Assembly (NCBI GenBank): GCA_977017645.1
Contig: OZ360225.1
Coordinates: forward strand, 118,234,001 to 118,298,000
From: Torpedo marmorata
Taxonomy: Eukaryota
DNA: 64,000 nucleotides
Direction of reading: 5' to 3'
The notes under the pieces were generated by a model. The model saw only the letters and a list, made by a program, of their open reading frames with translations. It did not search any database and had not been told where the DNA came from. Made by a program: the position numbers and the translations under genes. Shown here one piece after another: positions 13,201 through 25,200 of this stretch (the first letter of the stretch is position 1; every line of letters begins with the position of its first letter).

Positions 13201-16200
13201 AAACCGCTAAAACAATTCGCAAAAATTCTATTTGATACATATTCAATCTATTTCTAATACTAAATTTTTTAATATCTCCAAATAAAAATAACATTGGAAC
13301 CGTAATATTAAAAATTCTATCCAAAAAATCTTTAACTTTAGACCAAAAGTCTTGAATTTTTAAACATGACCATGTACAGTGTACAAAAGAACCTATTTCA
13401 TCTTTACATCTAAAACACATATCTGATAATGCCGGATTAAATTTCTTTAATTTTTTAGGTGTTAAATATAATTGATGAAAAAAATTATATTGTACTAATC
13501 TATACCTAACATTAATAACTTTAGTCATACTCAATTTACATAAATCTTTCCAATGTTTTTCATCTATATTAATATTTAAGTCTGATTCCCAACTTAATCT
13601 TGATTGATGTAATCCTACCTTAGGCAATTTTCTCTGAAGTGATTTATACATTTGTGATATAAATTTGTTAACATTTCCATTAGTGATTAATAATTCTAAT
13701 CCATCCCGTCTTGGAGCTATTAATTGATTCCCCAATTTCTCAACTAAAAATCCTCTGACCTGATAATAAGCCAAAATTGTATTATCCAATATTCCAAATT
13801 TTTCTTTCAACCTGGAAAATGTAACAAATCTTCCAGCCTCAAAACAATCTTTAATCTTCTTAATTCCTTTTTGAAACCATAATTTTAAAAATTGATTATC
13901 AATAGAAAAAGGTAATAATAAATTCTGATACAGTGGCATATTTGGAGATAATAACCCTTTTCGTCCTATCTCATTGTCTAACTGAGTCCAAATTTCCAAC
14001 AAATGTTTAATAATCGGTGAATTTTTCTTTTTAACTAATAATAATTTAGAATTCCATTTATAAATAATATCTTCTTTATATCTCTCCCCTATATTATTCA
14101 ATTCTATATTAATCCAAGCAGTAGATTTAGTTAAATCAAAAAATTCATTAATAAATTTTAATTGAGCTGCCTTATAATAATATAAAAAATTGGGGAGTTG
14201 TAATCCACCCATCTCGTAATCCCAAGTTAATTTATCCATACTTACTCTTGCTAATTTTCCTTTCCATAAAAATTTCCTAATAATAATTTTTAAATCTTTA
14301 AAAAAATTTTGAGGAATTCCAAAAGGAATAGATTGAAAAAGGTATTGAACTCTTGGAAAAATATTCATTTTAATACAATTCACTCTTCCCATTAAAGTTA
14401 TAGGTAAATCTTTCCAATTCTCCAAATCATTCTTTATTTTCTGAAATAAAGGTATATAATTTAATTTATATAAATTTTCCAATTTTGTATCTACTTTAAC
14501 TCCCAAATATTTAATTCCTTCTTTAGCCCATTTAAATCCTGTGACTTCTTTGCATTTAGTATAATCTCCTTGAGATAAAGCCATTATTTCACTCTTATCT
14601 GAATTTATTTTATAACCAGATATCTCACCATACTCCCTCAATATCTTAGCTAATTGTTGAAGCGATGCAATAGATTTCGTCATATATATTAATACATCAT
14701 CTGCAAATAAGCTAATTTTATGCTCTTCTGTACCTACTTTAATCCCATTTATATTAATGTCTTTCCTAATCATTTCAGCCAACGGTTCTATTGCCAATAC
14801 AAATAAAGCAGGTGATAAAGGGCATCCTTGTCTTGTTGACCTCATCAAGGGGAATTTAGATGATATCTGACCATTTGTAATTACTCTAGCTGTAGGTTCT
14901 TTATATATAGTTTTAATCCAATTTATAAAAGTATTTCCAAATCCATATTTCTCTAAAACCTTAAATAAAAAATTCCATTCTAATCTATCAAATGCTTTTT
15001 CTGCGTCTAATGTTATCACCAACGGCAAATCTTGTTTCCTTTTTTGCAAGTTAATTAAACTTATTAATCTTGCTATATTATCCTTCGAATATCTATTTTT
15101 AATAAATCCTGCTTGATCTGAATGTATTAAAATCGGTAAATACTTAGCTAGTCTATTTGTCAAAATTTTTGCCATTAATTTATAATCTACATTCAACAAT
15201 GATTATAGGTCTGTATGACTCAGTTTTTAATACATCTCTATCTTTCTTTGGTATAACTGTGATAATAGCATTCAAAAAAGTTTTCGGTAATAAATGAGTT
15301 TCCTTAATTTGAGTCAATACTTCCATATATATAGGTATCAATAAATCTTTAAACTCCTTATAAAACTCTATCGGAAATCCATCATCACCAGGAGATTTAC
15401 CACTTTTCAATGTCGATAAAGCTTCAACTACTTCTCTCATTGTAATAGGTAAATCTAACATATCTCTATTAAAATTATTTAATTTAGGTCATGTAATTTT
15501 GGATAAAAAACTATTAATTTTTGTATCATCATGATCAATCTGCGAGGTATATAAATTCTGATAATATTCTCTGAAAGATTCATTTATTTCCTGAGGTTTA
15601 TAAGTTATTTCACCAGTACTTTTTTTTATAGCATTTATAGTTTTAGAAACTTGTTCTTTTTTTAATTGCCATGCTAGAACTTTATGTGCTCTTTCTCCTA
15701 ATTCATAATATCTTTGTTTCGTTCTACCAATTAATTTTTCTATTTTTCGAGTTTGTAATATATAATAATGCAATTTTTTCCTAATTAAACGTTGTCTCCT
15801 AAAAATTGTTTTATTTCTTTGAAAATCTTTCTCCATGAATTCAATCTATGTAAAGTTGTTCTTGAAAGAACGAGCATAACATGGTGTCAGAAGTGTCTGA
15901 GTGAGTAAGAGAAGACAATAGTTCATAAGCATGGATAAGTTAAGTCCTCCCACACCGATGCAGTTTACCGGAAATCTATTGGAAACGCTTCAAACAGCGA
16001 TTCAACATTTATTTAGAAGCTGGTGGTGCATAGAATTCATATGTCTAAACTTAAACTATCACGTTTTTACTCTGACATAGATCCATTGTGTGAGAGATGT
16101 AAAATTTTTGAAGCTTCACTGATACATATGTTTTGGGAATGCCCCAATTTGGAGAGATTTTGTAAGGATATTTTTAAATCTTTATCATTGATTTTTAAGA

Positions 16201-19200
16201 TTAATATTGAACCATGTCCTATAATTGCTCTGTTTGGTTTTTCACGTGAACTTAACATACCTTTGTCTGCATCACAGGAAAAAGTTTTAGCTTTTTCCAC
16301 GTTGATTGCCAGACGAGCAATTTTATTGAAATGGAAAGATGAGTTATCACCGACACATAGACAGTGGTTACTAGATGTAATGTCCTATCTGAGTTTGGAG
16401 AAAATTAGATATAATATTAAAGATAGAAAGTTTCAATTTTTAAAGATCATGATTGGAAGAATTAACAAAACTGACTATCCCGGGGACTCTCTGTCCGATG
16501 CTTGGAGGTCGCTACAGGATCCATATCCTTTTTTACAATATCAAGGTAACCTTGCTTAGAGGGAGGGGTTAGAATAGATTAGTATTAGTGTTTTTTTTGG
16601 GTCTTTTTTCTTTCTTTTTATTTTATTTTCAAGTGATTTTTTTTAAAGATAATTATAAGGAACTAGAGTTTTAACCTATAGTAAGAATTTAATTACAACA
16701 ATTTACTTAGTTTTTTTTTATATACATGTATGAATACCAGCTGATTTTTTGAATGTTTTTCTTAATCTTGTTACTCTGTGTACATGTTTATTATTGAAAC
16801 TCAATAAAAATATTTTAAAAAGAAAGTCGTTCTTCTTGAAACAACAAGCATAACAGTCCCAATCTTCTCATAATCCCTCAGTTGAACCTCCTTCCTAGAC
16901 CTATCTATCAGTGCCCATGTGGACCACGACAACTAAATCCTCCCCTTCCCGCCTCCTTCTCCAGCCCAGATGTCCTCAACCTGAGCACTGGACATGCCTT
17001 CAAGCTCGTCTTTGCTGCAGAGAACAATGTCTGTTCCCCTAACTATGCTATCCCCTATGGCAATTGCACATTTCCCGACAATGCTTTGGAGAGTTTAGAT
17101 ATCCTCCTTGCAGTTCCCACCCTTGAACATAGAGAAAGCAAGAACCTTATATCTGTTGGACAAGGGCAAGGGTTGAGTCTCCTCTGCATCCTTGATCTCC
17201 CTCTTCTACAGTCACACTGTCTTGTCCTGATAGTCTGGACTGAAACAGGTACACTTTGGCTCAGAGGGAAATGAGTTTAGGGTGAGAGAGTTGAATTATA
17301 TGATCCTATATAATGGCAGATCAGGCTCAAATGTCCTCATCGTCAACTCTTGCTTCTATTTCTTAATATGTTCACAGAAGAGTGATCAGCATTTTCATGA
17401 ACCAAAATTACTGTTCCAACTTCGCACTCTCAATCTTTTGTGCAAGTGTGAATGTTTACCTGGTTAACGAGTTCAGGTATTCCGAGTGCCCGGTCAATTT
17501 CTTCCAGTCCTAGTTCATCGATATTCTTTAGTGCTGAACGTAACTGGTCTAGAATTGTGCCTTCATCATTCGGAGTTTCCGTTGGTATAGATGTACAAAG
17601 CAGGTCATCTTGAGAACTGCTGTATGACTGCCTACTAATATAAAAAAAAGTTGTACGAATGACATCCAAACAAGTTTTCATATTTCTGCATGTGAAAACC
17701 ACAAAATAAAATTACAGTGTTGCTATGGACAAAATTGTATACTTCAAATAGAATATGAATTTATTTTAATTTAGACATACAGCACGGTTACAGGCCCTTC
17801 TAGCCTACAAGACGTGCCGCTCTAATACACCAATTACAGGTATGCGCTGCTTAACGTCCGTCGGGCAACGTCCGACCGCATATACGTCCGTCGTCCCATA
17901 AGGTTATAATAGAGTTCAGAAATTCCGATCGGAGAACGGGACGTAACAGGACGTAGTGAACGCAACAACTTCCCACACGCAACACATGTATCTCATGTCT
18001 TTTGTGTACAAAGGCTTATATATGTAGGTACTGTACTGTAATTTCTATCTATCATGGTTCCCAAACGCAGCAACACCACTGCTAGTGATAGCAGCAGCAA
18101 GAGGCAAAGGAGAAGTATCGATTTGGAAGTGAAACAAAAGGTTATTAAACAACACAAAGGTGGAAAAACAGTGAATACTATTGCTCGCAATTTAGGCACG
18201 TCGCACTCGACAATCACGACGATCCTCAAAAACAAAGAAAAAATTCTCCAAGTTGTTAAAGGATCGACTCCACTAAAAGCTACAAGGCTAACGAAAATGC
18301 GAGAAGGACCTATATCAGATATGGAGAAATTGCTAATGACGTGGATTGAGGACCAAACACAAAAGCGAGTCCCTCTCAGCACATTGACAATCGGGTTGAA
18401 GAGATTTTTACACTGAATTGGATACGAGTGGACTATAAGAATCAAACTACCAGGAGAAGATAGGTTACGAAGACAATAACCCCGAACATTTTGACTAACA
18501 TTCCAGGAAATGCAAGTTCTGTTTCCATCAAAGTTGTCAGAAAGAAAAGAAAACCACAAATAAAAAGTTGTGCTAGTAAATGTAAGAGTGAAGGTGAAGC
18601 TTTTGATTGCCATCAAAACCCACTCATATCTTTTAAAGAAGGAAGTCTGCTGTCTACATGTGTTCTGCTCCATGTGTGACTGGGAGAACATTAACTGATC
18701 TTTCACACCATATAACTGTAGCTGAAAAAAATCTGCAAAGGAAACACTCTACTTTGTTGCATCTGGTAACTTTAATGTTGTCTGGCAATCTTGCCCAATC
18801 TAAAGCACCATGGTTCATAACATTCAAGTCCAGTACTCACAACCTACAACACCTCAAATCTTTTGAGTTTAAATCCATCCATTCACACAACCCACTCAAC
18901 TCCATAACTTGAACCATAATTCTCCATTGCACAAACACTGGTTGCTTGTCAATCCCCCTGTTTGCTTAATACTTGTCACTGTGTCCTTAGCTGTCTAGGT
19001 TTCTCAGTCCCACTTTCTTCTTTAAAACTCTAAAAACAGGTCATGGTGCTTTCATTATTAAAATGGCTCCATCAAAACTCAACTTGTTTTTGATGTAAAC
19101 ATTGTCCCAGATGTGAGATGAGTTCTTTGTTTGCTTGAAAGTGGGGCATCTCTGGGTCACTCCTGAGCTTTGTTCAGGTGTTATGATAGCATCTCTAATT

Positions 19201-22200
19201 ATTACTTATAACCTCCCTAATTTTGATCACAGCCAATTCCTTCTGTGCCCTAATGTTCTAATTTAATGAGTCACAATTCCTAACATATTTTGTGCATTGT
19301 CCCAGGCTCCCAAGGGAGCAATCCCATTAGTCCCTTTCCCTCCTCCTTATTTCCTTGTATAATGTATTCTCTCACACATGATCATCAACTCCTCTTTAAC
19401 TCATTTTTGCCATTGACTCACACCATTCAATAATTTACAGTGGTCAATTAACCTAACAGCACATCTTTGCCAACTATGAGAACACCTATAAGTAGCTAGA
19501 ACTTGCAAACTTCCCGCAGACAGCATCCAAAATCAGGATCGAACCCTGATTTCTGGGGCTGCGAGGCAACAGCATCAACTGTTGTGTAACCGTGCTGCCA
19601 TAAGATTTAGGATTTCAATATTTTGGTCCCCACAATTCAAAGATGTTTCCCTCTTGACATGAATCCCAGCCTCAAGCTTTTCCTCTTCAATATTTCAAGT
19701 TTTAAGCTCATATAATCTAATTTGAACTATTTACTACTCAAATGCTTCTCTCTCTGTTAAATGGTAAAATAATGCTGGAATAATTCTTCTCTCACTACAA
19801 TTCATACCCTTTAAAAAGATAAAATGCATGTAGTTGTAAATAATATTGCAACTTACCGATTTTGATTGGCGAAAGGCCCCTGATCAATAGGCATTATACT
19901 GTCAGGCCAAGGTGCCGTTTGGTTTGGAGGCGCTTGCTGCTGACCGTATGATGGACCTCCCATACCCACCTCAATTTCCGATGACCCTAATTAATAGAGA
20001 AGAAAAAAAATGACTTATTTTAAAAAAATGGCATTTGATAACCACTATCTTTGGGAGAACAAAGCACATTTTAAATGCTTATTAAAAGGATTTCTGCAAC
20101 AAAATAATACAATAGCACGAGAAAGAAAAATGGTGCAACGTACCCATTATTTGTGTCTGGAGCATCGATCTCTGACCAGGCTGGCTGTTCGGTCTCATCG
20201 GAATACCGGGTGAAGGACTGCTGATCATACTGCCTTGGAGAGTTGCCCTGCTCATCGTATTGGATCCCGTGCTACCTGTGGTGTTTGCAGCAGAGCTTGA
20301 CTGACCCCAGTCTACAGACGTCATGCTGGACCGAGGGGCTCCACTTCCCATACTACTGACCATCCCTGGACAGGAGCAAGAAGGGTTGGAGAGTAATCCT
20401 GCTTCGGGAATTCATTTTGCTTCTTCAAGCAGTGCACGCAGTTATGCACAAATCCAAAAAATTATTGCGTTACTTCTACAATTTAGTTTTGCCCATTTAT
20501 TTTCAAATCTGAAGCTGCTGCCATACTGTAGAGTTCTTCAAGGTAAACACTTTCTTTCGATGTATGTAGCACCGTTAAACATTAATCTTGATAAATTCAA
20601 GAGGTTTAGTCACAGTAATATAGTTGAACATGCACAACATCTCTTCAGTGGACTACCAATACAGTAAAAATCCTGCTGATTGGATGTGTTGCTTTATGTA
20701 CTAGTGACAGGTGCCGAGGAGTGTGGATAACCCTAGCTTCCTTCCTGAGGAAGTGAATCACTTTTGCTACTGAATACGTCAATGCTTTACTTTCCAAACG
20801 AGCTGAAGATAAGTTACCAAAACTTTACAGCAAGATTTTTTAAACAAGTAAAATAATTTGTTGTGACTGAGAAATTTAATGTATTTTTAATGTGCTGCCA
20901 TACAAGGCCACAAACTATTATTCAATAGAGGGCTCAGTAAACACCATTCAGTCAAAATTTTAAATATTAAACGATACAGGAAAATTACACCGTTTTTTTC
21001 CGATGTTTGTCTCAAACTGCAACTCATAATAGGCATACCCTATCTGGGGAAATCCTCCTCCTTCCATTCTGATCAAAGAATCACGTAAATGATGACCTGC
21101 TACTTAAAGCAGACCACTTCCAGTGATTTATCATAAATTAACTTTTATGAATGATCAGTTTTAAAGCAAAGTCACTAAAGAAGGTATTATTATTGGCTTT
21201 TGCATTATCTCCAAGTGGTATAAATGATACAGATTATGATATAGTCCACTCTCAATCTGTTGAAAGATAGTTCACTACAGTATGTCCTTACACAAAATTT
21301 ATCATATAAAATTAATAAAAATAAACGGGCTTACTAGCATTCACTTCAGCTTTAAAGGTTTTTGGAGTAATATGTACCTCAAATGGAACTTGGTAGGTTT
21401 GCTGTAGGCATGGTAACTATTTTAGAAGCTGATTTTAGTTAGTGGGAATTAAATATTGGGGAAGAGACCTGTTGTACACATGAACTAATTAGAGTTAGCT
21501 GTCAACTTCACAGTACTCACATAATTAATCAGGCAGCCAATGCAATTTACTGGACTTACTTTGTACAGTGAAGAAAATATTCTTACTGCTGTTAAAAAAT
21601 AAACCAAATATTGTACAATTCTACTTTGTTCTCCACTCACAAGCATATAATGTAATCACAATGTTTTCAGAAAGACATTGTTTCAGTTGTCAGCATTCTA
21701 GCTTTCCAACCAGAAAACTCTCAGAATTCTTTCATGCAAGCAAGATAACTTGGCCCTCAGGATTTTTTGCAAGAATGGCTTCAGTGACACTTCCAAGCCT
21801 AGTCAAATGGACAAGATATAGCACGCTTATTTTGCTCTTGCTCTTTGAGCTTTCACGATAACTAATTGACTTAGAACTATCTAGTCCTTTAAAAAAAAAA
21901 AATTCATTCATGGGATGGGAATGTTGTGGCACTACCAGTATTCGTAGTTCATCCCTCACCATTCTCAAGGAGGTTGCAAGCCACTTTCTTGAATTGTTGC
22001 AGTTCCCATAATGAAGGTGATTCTCACAATGTGCTTGGGTTGGGAGTTCTAGGCTGTGTCCTGGTGATGAAGGAAATGGTGAAGGAATGGGATAACGTAT
22101 AGCTTGGAAGGGCAGCCTAATATGGCAAGTGTGGGACGTTCTGCCAAAAACCCTTTGGTGAGGTGCTGCAGCCTGTCTTCCAGATGGTACTGTACATGGC

Positions 22201-25200
22201 ATTGGAAGGTGTGTACCATCTGAAGCTGGGCTTCACTAAGAGACCCACAGGTTCATTCCTCATGACGTACTAGTCACGAGGTACTAAAGAAGGGAATCAG
22301 TACCCTGGATTAAATGGAAATAAAAGTCGGCCAAAGACTACAGTTAGCTTGTCTTCAACACAACACAATGGAAATGAGTAGCAGTATAATAGGCAAAGGC
22401 AGAATATGACTAGAATGTGTTAGAAAATCACGGAGGCAAACTGAATTTTCCTCAACACAAGAGATCTTAATAAAACTATGAAGGAAATGTTTTCCTTTTT
22501 AAGATCATTGAAGGTGTTTTGCCAGGTCTGAGTAGAGCTGGATGAGTGGAGACACCAAAGAGTGCCCCACTCACCCTGCATCACAGAATGGCAGCAGGCC
22601 CACAGTAGGGTTAGATCTAGAGGGACGGTACATTGACTGACCCAAATATCTGGCAAAGTACAGACATTGTGGATGTTTGTTTTTCCCTTTTGTTTCTTAA
22701 TACAGAAGATATGTAACCTGTATGGCACGCGTACTAAACATGATTTGGCTGCAATGCTCATAATGTCAAGGACAATGGCAATTTGGCCAAACCAGTATTG
22801 GAAAATGCCATTAAACAAGTATAAAATATTTCAGTTCCTTCTCACTGATCATTCGGTCACCTTAACTAGATTTTCTGACATCAGAACATGCAATGGCAGC
22901 CATAACATTTATTAATTGTACACCTGGAACATGACATTCAAAAGAAGCTTCCAGATGCCAAGGGCACAGTTATTTAAACATGATCTCTACAATTGATATG
23001 TCATTAAAATACTGTATGTGTGATAAAAGCCCGTGGCACAAAATTCCAACTGCAGTAACACCTTTACATTCTCTGCCTTTGATTGAGCTCCCAAAGGAAC
23101 TGGTAAAAAAGTGACCAAAAGCTTGACTAATGAGGAGAGTCTAAAGTAGTGCCTTGGATGAGGTGAAAGGGAGAGAACTGGAAATTGAGGGATGGAACTC
23201 CAGAGCTCAGACCCAGGGAAGTCCAAGGTGAAACGATTAATGTTGGGAATGTGCCAAAGGTTCAATTGAAAGAGTTCAAGGATCTTAGGATTGTGGAAGT
23301 TAGAGGTGGATGAATAGAGTGGTGGAGGGAGTTGAAAAGAGATGAAAGTTTACAGTCGCTCGATTATTGGACTTGGAGACATAGCGAGTGAGCACAGCGT
23401 TGATGGTGGAACGGGATTTTATGTACATTAGGATACGAGAAGCAATATTTTATACAAGTTCACTTTGACAGAGGGTGAAAGACAGAAAAGTGGTTGAGAG
23501 GAATTTGGAATGGTCAAAACCATCACAAAGGTATCAAAGGCAGTTCAGCTGAAGTACACAGGCAGAGATGGACGATGCCACCCAAAGAGAAAGTAACACT
23601 TGGCGATTAGCACATCTCTGAATGGAAGCTTATCATTTAGCAGCAAGATGATGAATGGTCTAGTTCAGCCACAGCAAACTAGGAGAGGTCAGCAAAAAGA
23701 GAGAGATTGTGGCATTGACCAAGGATCAGTCTTCCCAAGAATTAAAGGCATAAACAATTTTGCTGATTTCAGTAATGTTTGTTAATTAAGCAAAGTGATA
23801 AATCAGGAGGAGTGGAAGGTGTCAGGTGGGTCAGCTGAAGCTGGGTGATGTGTGAAACCTGACATTGTGTTTTCACAATATGTGGAAATACACAGTTAAG
23901 GACAAAATTATGCACAGGCAGTCCCATCCAGCTAGATGACAGAGAGGACCCAGAGTGGGATAGCATGGTCAATGGTGTGAAAGGCTCCAGGCAGATTGAG
24001 ATGGATGAAGCAAGAGTGTGCAAGATTAGGGACAGGAAATCATTTCAAGAGGGTCAAAGGGTTTTGTGTGTAAGCTTGGCTTGCATTGACGTAATGACCT
24101 TGGGAAGGCACTGAAGGTTGGCAATGGGATGTTGGGTTGGCAGGGCAAGGGGATAAGGGCGGCTATTTTGTGCAGTGAAGCGATGACACCAGATTAGAAG
24201 AAAGTACACTAGGGAAAAGGAATGGGTGAGTGGCAGGGCCCAAGGAGAGAGAACTGTTACATCAGTTATCGTGAAGGCGAATCACGATCTCATGATAAAG
24301 GTCAGCAGAATGGTGCAGCTGGGACGAAAAGGAATGGGAATGCCAGGCAGAGTGCTCTCGTTGAGGAGGTACAACACCAGTAACTGGTGACGTCTTGGAT
24401 GAGGTCACCAGGTTGTTTCAATGATCCACAATAAAAGGCACTGATCATTCTTTTGGTATTCAGAGGAGTGAGGGACAGAGAGTGAGACAAGATTAGCTCT
24501 CACTGTTGTGCTGGATGAGGAGACATACGAGAAAAGAGGAGCTATTCTGAGGAAGAAAGATTGGCACAGAGAGGCTTCAGAATTAGTCATGAGAGGGTCA
24601 AGCTATGGTTGGTGACAGGAGAATAAGGTCGTGAAGGAGAGATAAAAGTTTATGGTAGGGATTTGGGAGGCAGAGTACTTAGTAGGTAGAAATGAAAGGA
24701 AGTGCAATGACTGGATTGAGATTGAGAGAAAGTGAAGAAAATAAAAAAAAGAGCAACCTAGACACAACTGAGATGCCATCTGTGGTAATCATGCTTTAGA
24801 TTCAGCTACAATAAATGACCAATTGGGTTAATCACAGTTCAGCAAGTTAGTTCTTGAATTAGAGAAAGTGCAGAACAAAAGCTTGGGAAACTTTCACGCT
24901 TTTTAAGTAAAGTGAGGTTGATTTATTTATTTCACCTGGTCGTATTCTTAATTGAAAGTAGAAAGATCAAAAGAAACATCACAGCTGAAACAATTCCAAC
25001 ACCAATGGACCTACCTGCAGTGCCTACCAGCCCTCCTTGACTTCCCATCATTGCTTGATTGCCCATCACTTGCTGTGACATTACGGCAAATGGACTACCG
25101 TTTCGTATCGGTGGGAATGGTCCTGCACTTGTCTGACCTTGCATGTGGATATCCAATCCTGCATTTCGACCTTGCTGTTGTCTGCCTGGTTGTACAGCTC

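Larger units (their letters stand above)
7437..16855 (+). mobile_element. Ty3/Gypsy (Mag-like) LTR retrotransposon complex: LTR-internal-LTR-(deleted internal)-LTR with nested LINEs
   Basis: TG...CA LTRs, PBS tggtgtcagaagtg at 7630 and 15882, PPT aaaggggaaaga ~12551, TSD gtccg/gtccc at 7432-7436 and 16856-16860. Confidence 0.92.

Noticed and set aside
17993-18706. 237-aa minus-strand ORF
   Set aside because: Antisense shadow of the Tigger transposase fragment with no homology to NCOA2
23140-24740. Purine-rich stretch resembling an ancient L2 LINE
   Set aside because: Too decayed to assign family or boundaries without an alignment
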